Sequence record: MT611523.1
Length of the DNA stretch: 64,000 bases
Direction: 5' to 3' (one strand)
Origin: Escherichia phage DK-13
Shown here: positions 23,194 through 32,582 of the stretch, piece by piece
How the letters are laid out: the number at the start of each line of letters is the position of its first letter
How positions within the stretch are numbered: the first letter of the stretch is position 1
Program-made: the position numbers and the translations under genes
The notes under the pieces: generated by a model
Databases searched by the model: none
Told to the model about the DNA's origin: nothing
What the model saw: the letters and a program-made list of their open reading frames with translations, nothing else

Positions 23194-24753
23194 ATGAAAA
23201 AGAATGCATTAGTTCAAAAATGGTCCGCTCTGCTGGAAAACGAAGCTCTTCCGGAAATCGTTGGTGCTTCTAAACAAGCTATCATCGCTAAAATCTTTGA
23301 AAACCAGGAACAAGATATTCTGACCGCTCCTGAATACCGTGACGAAAAAATCTCTGAAGCATTTGGTTCTTTCCTGACCGAAGCTGAAATCGGTGGTGAC
23401 CATGGTTATGATGCTACCAATATTGCTGCTGGCCAGACCTCTGGTGCAGTAACTCAGATTGGGCCGGCAGTTATGGGTATGGTTCGTCGTGCTATCCCGC
23501 ATCTGATTGCGTTTGATATTTGTGGCGTACAGCCTCTGAACAACCCGACTGGCCAGGTATTTGCACTGCGTGCAGTATACGGCAAAGATCCTGTCGCTGC
23601 TGGCGCTAAAGAAGCTTTCCATCCGATGTATGCTCCGAACGCTATGTTCTCTGGTCAGGGCGCTGCTCAGACTTTTGAAGCACTGGCTGCAAGCAAAGTT
23701 CTGGAAGTTGGTAAAATTTATTCTCACTTCTTCGAAGCAACCGGTTCTGCACACTTCCAGGCTGTTGAAGCTGTAACTGTTGATGCTGCTGCTACCGATG
23801 CTGCTAAACTTGACGCTGCTGTTACCGCTCTGGTTGAAGCTGGTCAGCTGGCTGAACTGGCTGAAGGTATGGCTACCTCCATCGCCGAACTGCAAGAAGG
23901 TTTTAACGGTTCCCAGGATAACCCGTGGAACGAAATGGGCTTCCGCATCGACAAACAAGTTATCGAAGCTAAATCCCGTCAGCTGAAAGCAAGCTACTCC
24001 ATCGAACTGGCACAGGACCTCCGCGCTGTTCACGGTATGGATGCTGATGCCGAATTGAGTGGTATTCTGGCTACCGAAATTATGCTGGAAATCAACCGCG
24101 AAGTTATCGATTGGATTAACTACTCCGCACAGGTTGGTAAATCTGGTATGACCAACACCGTTGGCGCTAAAGCTGGTGTGTTTGACTTCCAGGACCCGAT
24201 TGATATCCGTGGTGCTCGTTGGGCTGGTGAAAGCTTCAAAGCTTTACTGTTCCAGATTGATAAAGAAGCCGCTGAAATCGCTCGTCAGACCGGTCGTGGT
24301 GCAGGTAACTTCATCATCGCTTCCCGTAACGTAGTTAACGTGCTGGCTGCTGTTGATACTTCTGTTAGTTATGCTGCTCAGGGTCTGGGTAAAGGTTTCA
24401 ACGTTGACACCACTAAAGCTGTGTTCGCTGGTGTTCTGGGTGGCAAATACCGTGTCTATATCGACCAGTATGCTCGTGCAGATTACTTCACCATCGGTTA
24501 CAAAGGCGCTAACGAAATGGATGCTGGTATCTACTACGCACCATATGTTGCACTGACCCCGCTGCGTGGTTCTGACCCGAAAAACTTCCAGCCGGTTATG
24601 GGCTTCAAAACCCGTTACGGTATCGGTATCAACCCGTTTGCTGACCCTGCTGCTCAGGCTCCGACCAAGCGCATTCAGAACGGCATGCCGGACATCGTTA
24701 ACAGCCTTGGCTTGAACGGTTACTTCCGCCGCGTATATGTTAAAGGAATTTAA
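23194..24753 (+). CDS. gp23: Major capsid protein gp23
   Basis: 519 aa; position, length and high codon bias consistent with T4 gp23. Confidence 0.95.
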   Translation: MKKNALVQKWSALLENEALPEIVGASKQAIIAKIFENQEQDILTAPEYRDEKISEAFGSFLTEAEIGGDHGYDATNIAAGQTSGAVTQIGPAVMGMVRRAIPHLIAFDICGVQPLNNPTGQVFALRAVYGKDPVAAGAKEAFHPMYAPNAMFSGQGAAQTFEALAASKVLEVGKIYSHFFEATGSAHFQAVEAVTVDAAATDAAKLDAAVTALVEAGQLAELAEGMATSIAELQEGFNGSQDNPWNEMGFRIDKQVIEAKSRQLKASYSIELAQDLRAVHGMDADAELSGILATEIMLEINREVIDWINYSAQVGKSGMTNTVGAKAGVFDFQDPIDIRGARWAGESFKALLFQIDKEAAEIARQTGRGAGNFIIASRNVVNVLAAVDTSVSYAAQGLGKGFNVDTTKAVFAGVLGGKYRVYIDQYARADYFTIGYKGANEMDAGIYYAPYVALTPLRGSDPKNFQPVMGFKTRYGIGINPFADPAAQAPTKRIQNGMPDIVNSLGLNGYFRRVYVKGI

Positions 24754-24775
24754 TCCTAGATTAAGTTAAATAAAA

Positions 24776-24800
24776 AGGGACCCTTGAGGTCCCTTTCTTG
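24776..24800 (+). terminator. Hairpin AGGGACC-CTTGA-GGTCCCT after gp23
   Basis: 7-bp stem followed by T-rich tract. Confidence 0.7.
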
Positions 24801-24803
24801 TTT

Positions 24804-25085
24804 TCATACCATACCATTTAAATGAACTTCTACCCGGCGCTTGATGAGGTCTCTGAAGTTAACATTGTTTTCTTGAAGTTTCAACCAGTTACCATTTTTA
24901 TCTTTAGTGTGAGTAGAATAATTACCATTCCACCAGAAATCAGTGTCATATGCTAAGTTTTCATATTTTTTAACTAGTTTGTTCAGAGCATTACCATTAA
25001 CACCATTTGGGTATTTGTTGACCAAGGCAATAACTTCAATTTCCAGATTTTTAAAGGTGTTCAGAAGGAAAGTTGCTTTGTTCAT
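24804..25085 (-). CDS. Hypothetical protein (93 aa) on opposite strand between gp23 and gp24
   Basis: ORF with its own upstream early-type promoter; occupies the slot where T4 carries segD. Confidence 0.5.
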   Translation of the reverse strand: MNKATFLLNTFKNLEIEVIALVNKYPNGVNGNALNKLVKKYENLAYDTDFWWNGNYSTHTKDKNGNWLKLQENNVNFRDLIKRRVEVHLNGMV

Positions 25086-25109
25086 TTTTAAACTCCAGGT
25101 TTTGTTTGT

Positions 25110-25150
25110 TAACTCAGTATGGAATCATTATGTCTTATCTTAATCTGGTT
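25110..25150 (-). promoter_or_regulatory. Early-type promoter upstream of the 93-aa minus-strand gene
   Basis: Minus strand reads GTTTAC-N18-CATAATGATTCCATAC. Confidence 0.45.
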
Positions 25151-25162
25151 GTAAACAACTTT

Positions 25163-25170
25163 TATAAATA
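25163..25170 (+). promoter_or_regulatory. Late promoter TATAAATA upstream of gp24
   Basis: Exact octamer. Confidence 0.6.
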
Positions 25171-25195
25171 AAGTATATCACAAAAGGAAATAGCA

Positions 25196-26476
25196 ATGGC
25201 TAAAATTAACGAACTCTTAAAAGAGTCGACCACGACCACAAGTTCTTCGATTGGTCGACCGAATCTAGTAGCTTTAACCAGAGCTACGACTAAACTGATT
25301 TACACCGATTTAGTAGCACAACAGCGCACATCCCAGCCACTGGCGGCATTATACGGTCTTAAATACCTGACTCAGCAAGATGAATTATCTTTCCAGACTG
25401 GTGCAACCTATTCTGGTGCAGTATCAGCAAAAGACCGTGCGACCATTCCGGTTTTTGTTGCTGGCACAGTTTATGCTAAAGACGATTTGTTCCAGTTTGA
25501 AAATGTAGTTTATAAAGCGCTGGTAGCAACTCCATTTGCTGGAGCAACGGGCGATGAGTATGACCAGCTTCAAGAAGCGATGGTTAAATTGACCATCCGT
25601 ATTATGTCCGAAGCTGCAATCACCGAACGTTTTGAAGGACCGCAGGAAGTCGAAATTGCCGAAGCTAAATTTTTGGTTAACAAATGGAATGCTCCGGTTA
25701 AATCTCGTAAGCTGAAAAGCACTGTTACAGTGGAACTGGCCCAGGACCTGGAAGCAAACGGTTTTGACGCTCCAAACTTCCTGGAAGACCTGTTAGCTAC
25801 CGAAATGGCTGATGAAATTAACAAAGATATCCTGCAATCCCTGGTAACAGTTTCCAAGCGTTATAAAGTTGCTGGGCTCTGTGATGATGGCCTGATTGAC
25901 CTGTCTTATACCAACTCTCCGGAAGCTTCACGCAAGTTGTACGAAATCATGTGTGAGATGGTCTCCCATATTCAGCGGGCAACTTCTTACACCGCAACAT
26001 ACGTTGTTGCTTCTACGCGTGTAGCTGCAGTTTTGGCTGGTTCCGGTTGGTTGAAGCATCGTCCACAAGATGAGAAATATCTCTCCGATAATGCGTATGG
26101 TTTCTTGGATAATGGTCTACCGCTTTATTGCGATACGAACACTCCATTTGATTATGTGACTGTTGGTGTTAAAGAAGATTTCGGTGGGAAAGAGATGGTG
26201 GGTTCACTGTTTTATGCACCTTATACCGAAGGTCTTGACCTGGAAGACCCTGAACATGTTGGTTCGTTCAAAGTTGTCGTTGACCCAGAAAGTTTGCAGC
26301 CGTCTATTGCATTAATGGTTCGTTATGCGTTAGCAGCTAACCCTTATACAGTGACTGCTGATGATAAACAAGCTCGTATTATTGATGCAACAAATATGGA
26401 TTTGATGGCAGGACGTTCAGATATGTCTGTACTGCTTGGTGTGAAACTTCCTAAAGTTCTGACTGAAATAAATTAA
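25196..26476 (+). CDS. gp24: Capsid vertex protein gp24
   Basis: 426 aa; late promoter upstream; synteny. Confidence 0.9.
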   Translation: MAKINELLKESTTTTSSSIGRPNLVALTRATTKLIYTDLVAQQRTSQPLAALYGLKYLTQQDELSFQTGATYSGAVSAKDRATIPVFVAGTVYAKDDLFQFENVVYKALVATPFAGATGDEYDQLQEAMVKLTIRIMSEAAITERFEGPQEVEIAEAKFLVNKWNAPVKSRKLKSTVTVELAQDLEANGFDAPNFLEDLLATEMADEINKDILQSLVTVSKRYKVAGLCDDGLIDLSYTNSPEASRKLYEIMCEMVSHIQRATSYTATYVVASTRVAAVLAGSGWLKHRPQDEKYLSDNAYGFLDNGLPLYCDTNTPFDYVTVGVKEDFGGKEMVGSLFYAPYTEGLDLEDPEHVGSFKVVVDPESLQPSIALMVRYALAANPYTVTADDKQARIIDATNMDLMAGRSDMSVLLGVKLPKVLTEIN

Positions 26477-26478
26477 AA

Positions 26479-26503
26479 AGGGACCTTCGGGTCCCTTTAT
26501 TTT
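26479..26503. terminator. Bidirectional hairpin AGGGACC-TTCG-GGTCCCT between convergent gp24 and rnlB
   Basis: Stem-loop flanked by A-run and T-run. Confidence 0.7.
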
Positions 26504-27510
26504 TATTCACTAACTAATGCAATCCAAACATGTCTTAATGTTTCTCTTACATTTGTGATGAGTTGCTTTTTAACTTCAACAGGATTTTCCGTCAGGGATA
26601 ATTCAAGACCTTCGCGCCCCGCTTCTTCCAGAATATCTTGGACTGTTAACCCCATTACCTTTCCAAAATCCTTCGGTGTTACTTCCCCAATTTTACTGAT
26701 AACATTGTTGATACGGTTAACAGTCACATAATCAGTGAAATTCCACAGTAAATCCATATCATTTTGGCTCAGAACCACTGCAGCCTTAATAGGCTTATCA
26801 GACTTTTTCTTTTCACTGAATTTAGAGTTCTTACATTTAATCGCTACACGCTCGCCGTTAGGTAACCATGCAGGAACATCAGGTTTTAATACAAATCCTT
26901 CAGCAGTGAATACTTTACCTTCCGCCTTTGCATCAAAATCAGTGGTATTTGCTGTAGTCAAACCTGCGTTATCCACTGTAAAATTGTAATCAGGGACAAC
27001 AGAATCCAGGTCATTAGGGAGCTTAATTAATTCTTCAAAACTACCTGTAGCCAGGCGCGGTGCAACCTTAAACTTATGGATAATACAGAATGCTTCCATC
27101 AAGGTGTCAGTCAGGACGGATTCAAAACCATCTTCTTTAGTAACGCGGATATCAAATACATAAAAATCTTTATCACCGTAATCCACATTCTTCTGGATAC
27201 CTGCCCCGGCAAACTCACCATAAATCTGGTATGCCTGGTAATTAATATCCTGCAAAAGTTTCTGCACAGATTTAATAGAATCAGCATAATTCTTTAATAC
27301 AATTTCATAACCATAGAAATCTTCTGCAGGCAGGATAGGTCCAGTGCGTTTCGCACATGTCACATTGTCTTGTTCAATGATTAATGAAAAGTTGGTACCA
27401 TGAATCTTCTCGCGAGCTACCCATTCACCGCTGGTGAAGCCTTGCAGGCGAATCTTTTCAATGAACTTGTTGTTATAGTGATTTTCAAGGCTGTTGTATT
27501 TCTTAAACAT
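26503..27510 (-). CDS. rnlB: RNA ligase 2 (Rnl2)
   Basis: 335 aa; nucleotidyltransferase lysine motif REKIHGTNF; convergent with gp24. Confidence 0.85.
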   Translation of the reverse strand: MFKKYNSLENHYNNKFIEKIRLQGFTSGEWVAREKIHGTNFSLIIEQDNVTCAKRTGPILPAEDFYGYEIVLKNYADSIKSVQKLLQDINYQAYQIYGEFAGAGIQKNVDYGDKDFYVFDIRVTKEDGFESVLTDTLMEAFCIIHKFKVAPRLATGSFEELIKLPNDLDSVVPDYNFTVDNAGLTTANTTDFDAKAEGKVFTAEGFVLKPDVPAWLPNGERVAIKCKNSKFSEKKKSDKPIKAAVVLSQNDMDLLWNFTDYVTVNRINNVISKIGEVTPKDFGKVMGLTVQDILEEAGREGLELSLTENPVEVKKQLITNVRETLRHVWIALVSE

Positions 27511-27599
27511 AATCTCTCACTTTTGATGTTATAAATATCATTATAAATTAGACCCATTATACTTTCTTTCTCTGAAAGGAATTAATAGTCACAAAGGGG

Positions 27600-27640
27600 T
27601 CTAGAACCATTATACCACAATTTTATTTGAAGCAAAAAGG
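27600..27640 (-). promoter_or_regulatory. Middle (MotA-box) promoter upstream of rnlB
   Basis: Minus strand reads TTGCTTCA-N13-TATAAT-GGTTCTAGACCCC (approximate coordinates). Confidence 0.5.
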
Positions 27641-27641
27641 G

Positions 27642-27905
27642 TCAGAATTTTACATACAGCATTGGCTTGGCTTCTTGCCAATCATAATTCCAGGTAAATG
27701 ATGTAAATTTTTCTGCTCGCAGAAAATCAGATATCTTCGCGCGGTTTCCTTCTTCATACTCTTTTTCAGAAACTGCCATATTAACAGCATCTTTGCCATT
27801 CTCGGCGGCGGCAATAGCCACTTTGCGAAATATAGCAATAAAGTCATTTGCAACTTTATCTTGGGATTCTTTTGCGATTTGACGTAGTTCTTCTGCGAAT
27901 GTCAT
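27642..27905 (-). CDS. Hypothetical protein (24.2-like position)
   Basis: 87 aa ORF, synteny only. Confidence 0.45.
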   Translation of the reverse strand: MTFAEELRQIAKESQDKVANDFIAIFRKVAIAAAENGKDAVNMAVSEKEYEEGNRAKISDFLRAEKFTSFTWNYDWQEAKPMLYVKF

Positions 27906-28105
27906 TTCTTCACCTTTTTGTTATTCAAACGTTTACGATAAACAATCTTTTCTTTTGCTTTAAATTTAGCTTTGGCCTGTTCTACATCAACCCAGGCCTT
28001 TGCCATCTCTTTAGCAGTCCCGCCTAATACCTTGGCAATTTCAATAAATGTCATGCCAGATTCATGCAGAAAATGTACTTTAACCTTATCCATAATGATT
28101 CTCAT
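27902..28105 (-). CDS. Hypothetical small protein with helix-turn-helix-like segment (24.3-like position)
   Basis: 67 aa; GMTFIEIAKVLGGTAKEMAKAW resembles an HTH; basic C-terminus. Confidence 0.45.
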   Translation of the reverse strand: MRIIMDKVKVHFLHESGMTFIEIAKVLGGTAKEMAKAWVDVEQAKAKFKAKEKIVYRKRLNNKKVKK

Positions 28106-28198
28106 GTTGAGTTAGTGAAGCTATCTTAACATGGAATTTTTAACTTGTAAACAGGGTTTTTATGCCAGGCGACGTTTGTACAGTACCATAAAAACAAA

Positions 28199-28220
28199 GG
28201 GACCCGAAGGTCCCTTTTTA
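28199..28220 (-). terminator. Hairpin GGGACC-CGAA-GGTCCC downstream of hoc
   Basis: Stem-loop flanked by A/T runs. Confidence 0.6.
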
Positions 28221-28221
28221 A

Positions 28222-29070
28222 TTAATAAACGTAATCGTATATAATACCAGCTTCTAAAGCGGTGCGATGAATAATTCGACCATTACGAGATTCCTGTACA
28301 TCAACCTCTGGATAGTCGGTAATCATTTTTTGAAGTGTATATCGGTGCAAATAATACGGGCTATCTGGAGCATCAGTTTTCCAGTCTTGCTCAGCAAGAG
28401 TCATTTTCTGAATTTCGTCCATAACCCACCAACCACACCAGATATAAGCTGAATTACGAACTGGCAGCGGATGAACGTAAGGTAGTTCGCCCTCTGGTTC
28501 AGGAGCTACTTTAGCCGTGACTGTTACATTACCAGTTTTTGTAACGGTTACAGGGTTATAATCAGTCGCAGATACAACAACAGAAACTTCAATTACCTGG
28601 GAACCTTCGGTGCTTGTATCGATTGCTAGAGTATCCGTGGTGCCAACTACAGGAGAACCGTCTTTCTTCCATGAATAGGCAAAAGTAGCTCCACTCGGTG
28701 CGCCAACTACATCTGCTTTAAATGAAGCTAGGGTGTCTTCCGGAACATTAATTGATTCTGGGGTTAATGTCACAGAAACACCAGACATTGTTTTATTCTG
28801 GATAGTTAAAGTTGTTTCGGCTTCAGCTGTTTCTGGTTCGCCGTCCGCTGGTGTAGTTGTTGCAACAACTTTAATAGTCTTACTGCCTGCTGGACCAACA
28901 GCAACATAATCCATTGCAGCAGTCACAGAAGATTGAGGAACGCCATCAACGGTCCAGACAAATGATTCGGTACCTTCAGCTGCAGCACCGGAACCGGTCG
29001 CAGTGAAATTGGTTGTTGCTCCAATAACGGCCGTAGCCGCCAAAGGAGCAATAGTTACGGTATAAGCCAT
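28222..29070 (-). CDS. hoc: Highly immunogenic outer capsid protein Hoc (shortened)
   Basis: C-terminal region matches recalled T4 Hoc (VTVTKTGNVTVTAKVAPEPEGELPYVHPLP...WCGWWVMDEIQKMT); 282 aa versus 376 in T4. Confidence 0.8.
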   Translation of the reverse strand: MAYTVTIAPLAATAVIGATTNFTATGSGAAAEGTESFVWTVDGVPQSSVTAAMDYVAVGPAGSKTIKVVATTTPADGEPETAEAETTLTIQNKTMSGVSVTLTPESINVPEDTLASFKADVVGAPSGATFAYSWKKDGSPVVGTTDTLAIDTSTEGSQVIEVSVVVSATDYNPVTVTKTGNVTVTAKVAPEPEGELPYVHPLPVRNSAYIWCGWWVMDEIQKMTLAEQDWKTDAPDSPYYLHRYTLQKMITDYPEVDVQESRNGRIIHRTALEAGIIYDYVY

Positions 29071-29079
29071 AATAAACCC

Positions 29080-29745
29080 TTATTTTAAAGTGACAAAAGA
29101 TGAGTTACGAGTTTCTCGTACTAGAACAGACCCATTACGATTGATGTAATAAATCAAACTGAATAGAGTTTGGTGTGCGGTGGGATGTGGGAAAGCAGTT
29201 GGACGTTCTTTCCAATCTGGAGTCTCGGCAATCCACTGATAAATCCACCATGGAACAGTACAGAATCCAGGGTTCTTACCAATAAGCATAAGATTTGGAC
29301 TAAAGTTTTTTGGCAGAGCAAATACAGGTTTTTCAGATTCGATAACCTTAGCAACAGCAGCTTCGAACTTTTCTTCGACAAAAGGAACATCTTCTTCAAC
29401 CACAACAACTGGTTCTTCGATTTCAACAACTTCAACCTTTGCTTCGGTTGGAGCATCAAATAAGAGTTTAGCTTCTTCTTTAGCTGACTCATCGCCATCA
29501 AATTTAGCACCTGACAATTCATCATCGGCATCGATAAGGTCAGTGATGCTCAGGCCTTCATTATCATCAGGCATAGGCATGTCAGCAAATGCTTTAAGTC
29601 CTGCTTCCAGGTCAGCCAACATATTATCAAAGGTTTTTGTTTTCTTAACATCAACACCAAGTGATGCTGCATATTCGGCTAATTTTTCTTTGGCTTCTTT
29701 TTTCTCGAGGACACGAATTTCCTCAATGTAGTTCTTGTCAATCAT
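29080..29745 (-). CDS. inh: Putative inhibitor of prohead protease Inh
   Basis: 221 aa acidic protein immediately upstream of hoc; synteny. Confidence 0.5.
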   Translation of the reverse strand: MIDKNYIEEIRVLEKKEAKEKLAEYAASLGVDVKKTKTFDNMLADLEAGLKAFADMPMPDDNEGLSITDLIDADDELSGAKFDGDESAKEEAKLLFDAPTEAKVEVVEIEEPVVVVEEDVPFVEEKFEAAVAKVIESEKPVFALPKNFSPNLMLIGKNPGFCTVPWWIYQWIAETPDWKERPTAFPHPTAHQTLFSLIYYINRNGSVLVRETRNSSFVTLK

Positions 29746-29763
29746 GATGAACCTCGGTTAGTG

Positions 29764-29771
29764 TATAAATA
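29764..29771 (+). promoter_or_regulatory. Late promoter TATAAATA upstream of uvsW
   Basis: Exact octamer about 30 nt upstream of uvsW ATG. Confidence 0.55.
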
Positions 29772-29799
29772 TAGATATATTTATTACCTTGGAATCATC

Positions 29800-31299
29800 A
29801 TGGATATTAAAATCAACTTTCTAAATTTTAGTCACGTGCATGTTGAATGTGAAGATGGAATCTTCTACGAACTCCGTGATTACTTCAGCTTCGAAGCTGA
29901 AAACTATCGCTTCAATCCAAAGTTCAAGCAGGGAGTTTGGGACGGACGTATCCGCCTCCTGGATTACAATCGTAAATTACCATACGGTTTGGTTAATCAA
30001 ATTAAAAAGTTCGCTGACCAGTTTGGCTATTCATTCTGGATTGACCCGCAAATCACCGAGAAAGAAGAAATCTCTCGCGAAGAATTCAACAAATGGGTTG
30101 AGTCAAAAGAAATCTATTCAGGCAATACCAAGATAACTCCTCATTGGTATCAATCTGACGCCGTATATGATGGTCTGGTCAACAGAAGAAAGATTCTGAA
30201 CTTACCTACGTCTGCAGGTAAAAGCCTCATCCAGGCGCTTCTGGCGCGATATTATCTCGAGAACTATGAAGGCAAGGTGCTTATCCTTGTTCCTACAACT
30301 GCGCTTGTTGACCAGATGATTAATGACTTTGTTGATTATCGGCTTTTCCCTCGTGCAGCTTGTCTGGGTATTCGTTCCGGGACTAAACGCGATTCTGATG
30401 CGATGATTTATGTATCGACTTATCAGACGGCTGTAAAACAACCTAAAGAATGGTTTGAACAGTTTGGCCAGTTTATGAATGACGAATGCCACATGGCTAC
30501 AGGTAAATCGATTTCGACGGTTATCGAAGGCCTTACGAATTGCATGTTTAAATTTGGTCTGTCAGGTTCACTCCGTGATGGCAAAGCCAACCTTATGCAA
30601 TATATGGGTCTGTTTGGTGATATCTTTAAACCAGTATCAACATCTAAATTAATGGAAGATGGCCAGGTTACTGACCTTAAAATAAATAGTATTTTCCTTC
30701 GTTACCCTGATGAATTCACCGTTAAAATGAAAGGTAAAACTTATCAGGATGAAATCAAGGTAATTACAAAAGCTACACGCAGAAATAAATGGGTAACAAA
30801 CCTTGCCCTCAAGCTTTCTAAAAAAGATGAAAACGTCTTTTTGATGTTTAAGAATATCGAGCACGGTAAATCGATGTTTGAAATGATTAAGGAAGCTGGT
30901 CATGAAAAAGTGTATTATGTTTCTGGGGAAGTCGATACCGAAACTCGTAATGCTCTGAAGGTCATGGCAGAGAATGGAAAGGGAATTATTGTTGTAGCTT
31001 CATATGGTGTATTCTCGACGGGGATTTCCGTTAAAAACCTCCATCATATTATTTTCGCTCACCCAGTCAAGTCAAAGGTAATTGTACTCCAGACAATTGG
31101 CCGCGTGCTTCGAAAACATGAATCCAAATCACAAGCAAACGTTTTTGATATCGTTGACGATATGGGTGTTAAACCTAAATCGGCAAATGCTAAAAAGAAA
31201 TATGTTCATTTGAACTTTGCCCTAAAGCATGGCCTTGAACGTATACAAAGATATGCTGATGAACGGTTTAACTATGTAATTAAACAGGTGGAAATTTGA
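29800..31299 (+). CDS. uvsW: UvsW DNA/RNA helicase
   Basis: Start MDIKINFLNFSHVHVECEDG matches recalled T4 UvsW; Walker A LPTSAGKS, DECH box. Confidence 0.9.
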   Translation: MDIKINFLNFSHVHVECEDGIFYELRDYFSFEAENYRFNPKFKQGVWDGRIRLLDYNRKLPYGLVNQIKKFADQFGYSFWIDPQITEKEEISREEFNKWVESKEIYSGNTKITPHWYQSDAVYDGLVNRRKILNLPTSAGKSLIQALLARYYLENYEGKVLILVPTTALVDQMINDFVDYRLFPRAACLGIRSGTKRDSDAMIYVSTYQTAVKQPKEWFEQFGQFMNDECHMATGKSISTVIEGLTNCMFKFGLSGSLRDGKANLMQYMGLFGDIFKPVSTSKLMEDGQVTDLKINSIFLRYPDEFTVKMKGKTYQDEIKVITKATRRNKWVTNLALKLSKKDENVFLMFKNIEHGKSMFEMIKEAGHEKVYYVSGEVDTETRNALKVMAENGKGIIVVASYGVFSTGISVKNLHHIIFAHPVKSKVIVLQTIGRVLRKHESKSQANVFDIVDDMGVKPKSANAKKKYVHLNFALKHGLERIQRYADERFNYVIKQVEI

Positions 31300-31991
31300 A
31301 TTATCAAAAAATATATGATGATTTAATTGGGAGCCGAAAGGCTTCCAAACCAATTGGATATACGGAATCTCACCATATTATTCCAGAATGTATGGGTGGA
31401 CCTGATACACAAGAAAACAGAGTCAACCTTACTCCAGAAGAACATTTCGTTGCGCATAAATTATTGGCCAAAATTCATCCTAATCATTACGGTCTTATAA
31501 AGGCCGTCATTGCTATGGGTATGAGCTCTCGAACACATCAACGACAATTTAATAAATCGTATGGATGGGAGCGTAGACAAATGTCAGTTCTTCAAACTGG
31601 TGAAGGTAATCCTTTTTATGGTAAGCACCATACTGAAGAACATAAAGAATATATGAGCCAATTATTAAAGGGTCGCAAAATAACTTGGGCCGATAAAATA
31701 TCTGCGACAAAGAAAGCGAATCCGTATAAATACTCTCAAGCACAATGTCAAGCTATATCTGAAAGAAATAAAGGTGAAGGTAATTGGATGTATGGTAAAT
31801 CACATACACCAGAAGCATCAAAGAAAATTTCAGATAAAGCAAAAGAACGTTATAAGGACCCATCCAAAAATCCTGCCGCTAAGAAAGTGGTTTTAAACGG
31901 GATTGAATATGGTTCGATGAAGCAAGCTTCTGTAGCAACGGGGCTTTCTTTATATAAAATCAGAAATTTAATTAAACAGGTGGAAATATAA
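31296..31991 (+). CDS. HNH homing endonuclease, Mob-like
   Basis: YTESHHIIPECMGG HNH core; repeated NxxYGKxHTxE modules; apparent TTG start preceded by AGGTGG. Confidence 0.85.
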   Translation: MNYQKIYDDLIGSRKASKPIGYTESHHIIPECMGGPDTQENRVNLTPEEHFVAHKLLAKIHPNHYGLIKAVIAMGMSSRTHQRQFNKSYGWERRQMSVLQTGEGNPFYGKHHTEEHKEYMSQLLKGRKITWADKISATKKANPYKYSQAQCQAISERNKGEGNWMYGKSHTPEASKKISDKAKERYKDPSKNPAAKKVVLNGIEYGSMKQASVATGLSLYKIRNLIKQVEI

Positions 31992-32218
31992 TGAAATCCT
32001 TCGAAGAAATTATGTACGAAGCATCAATTGAAGGCTTTATGGCTAAGATTGGTTCCTGTCAGACCATGGACGGTCTGAAGGAGTTGGAAGGCTATTATAA
32101 GAAACGCAGCAAAGAAGCTGAACTGAAAGATTCCGATGATATCAGTGTTCGCGATGCTCTTGCCGGTAAACGCGCCGAGCTTGAGGATATGGACGACGAA
32201 GAAGACGAAGATTTCTAA
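31991..32218 (+). CDS. uvsW.1: UvsW.1-like small acidic protein
   Basis: 75 aa; TAATG overlap with upstream gene; synteny. Confidence 0.65.
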   Translation: MKSFEEIMYEASIEGFMAKIGSCQTMDGLKELEGYYKKRSKEAELKDSDDISVRDALAGKRAELEDMDDEEDEDF

Positions 32219-32275
32219 ATAAAAAGGCCCCAACCAAAAGGAAGGGGCAAAACCAAAAATGGTTAACAACACTAG

Positions 32276-32443
32276 CTAAATTAAAAGTTGGGTCTCGTTC
32301 AGTTGCTCTTCTGTATTTTCCGTAACTGGCAAACTCTGAACATAATTATAACAGGCGCCCGGATGCACCGGACCTTGGTCTGTATCCACAACCAATGCAG
32401 AATCGATTGGAGTTTTACAGACAACACAAATCTTATCTGACAT
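32276..32443 (-). CDS. Small hypothetical protein (uvsY.-2 position), about 55 aa
   Basis: My own translation, below the ORF-track size cut-off: MSDKICVVCKTPIDSALVVD...; synteny. Confidence 0.4.
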   Translation of the reverse strand: MSDKICVVCKTPIDSALVVDTDQGPVHPGACYNYVQSLPVTENTEEQLNETQLLI

Positions 32444-32582
32444 GATTGTCTCCTCAGTTAAACTTACATATCTATTTAGTGCTCTTCATAATAGCAGCAC
32501 GAGCTTTCATCTCATTAACAATTTCGGTTATTCGGTTTGCAGAGATAACCATCTCGTCGAGAATCTTACTAATATTTTTCAT

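Noticed and set aside
23209-24033. 274-aa ORF on the minus strand inside gp23
   Set aside because: Antisense shadow ORF within a highly expressed, strongly codon-biased gene; no RBS or promoter; gp23 identity is secure.
27530-27537. Plus-strand TATAAATA between rnlB and the 24.2-like gene, possibly an antisense late promoter
   Set aside because: A single octamer in AT-rich intergenic DNA with no plus-strand gene downstream; more likely chance or part of the minus-strand rnlB promoter region.
29154-29531. 125-aa minus-strand and 97-aa plus-strand ORFs overlapping the inh gene
   Set aside because: Alternative frames of the same region; the 221-aa frame is the one consistent with synteny, and the others are Leu/Lys-rich artefacts.
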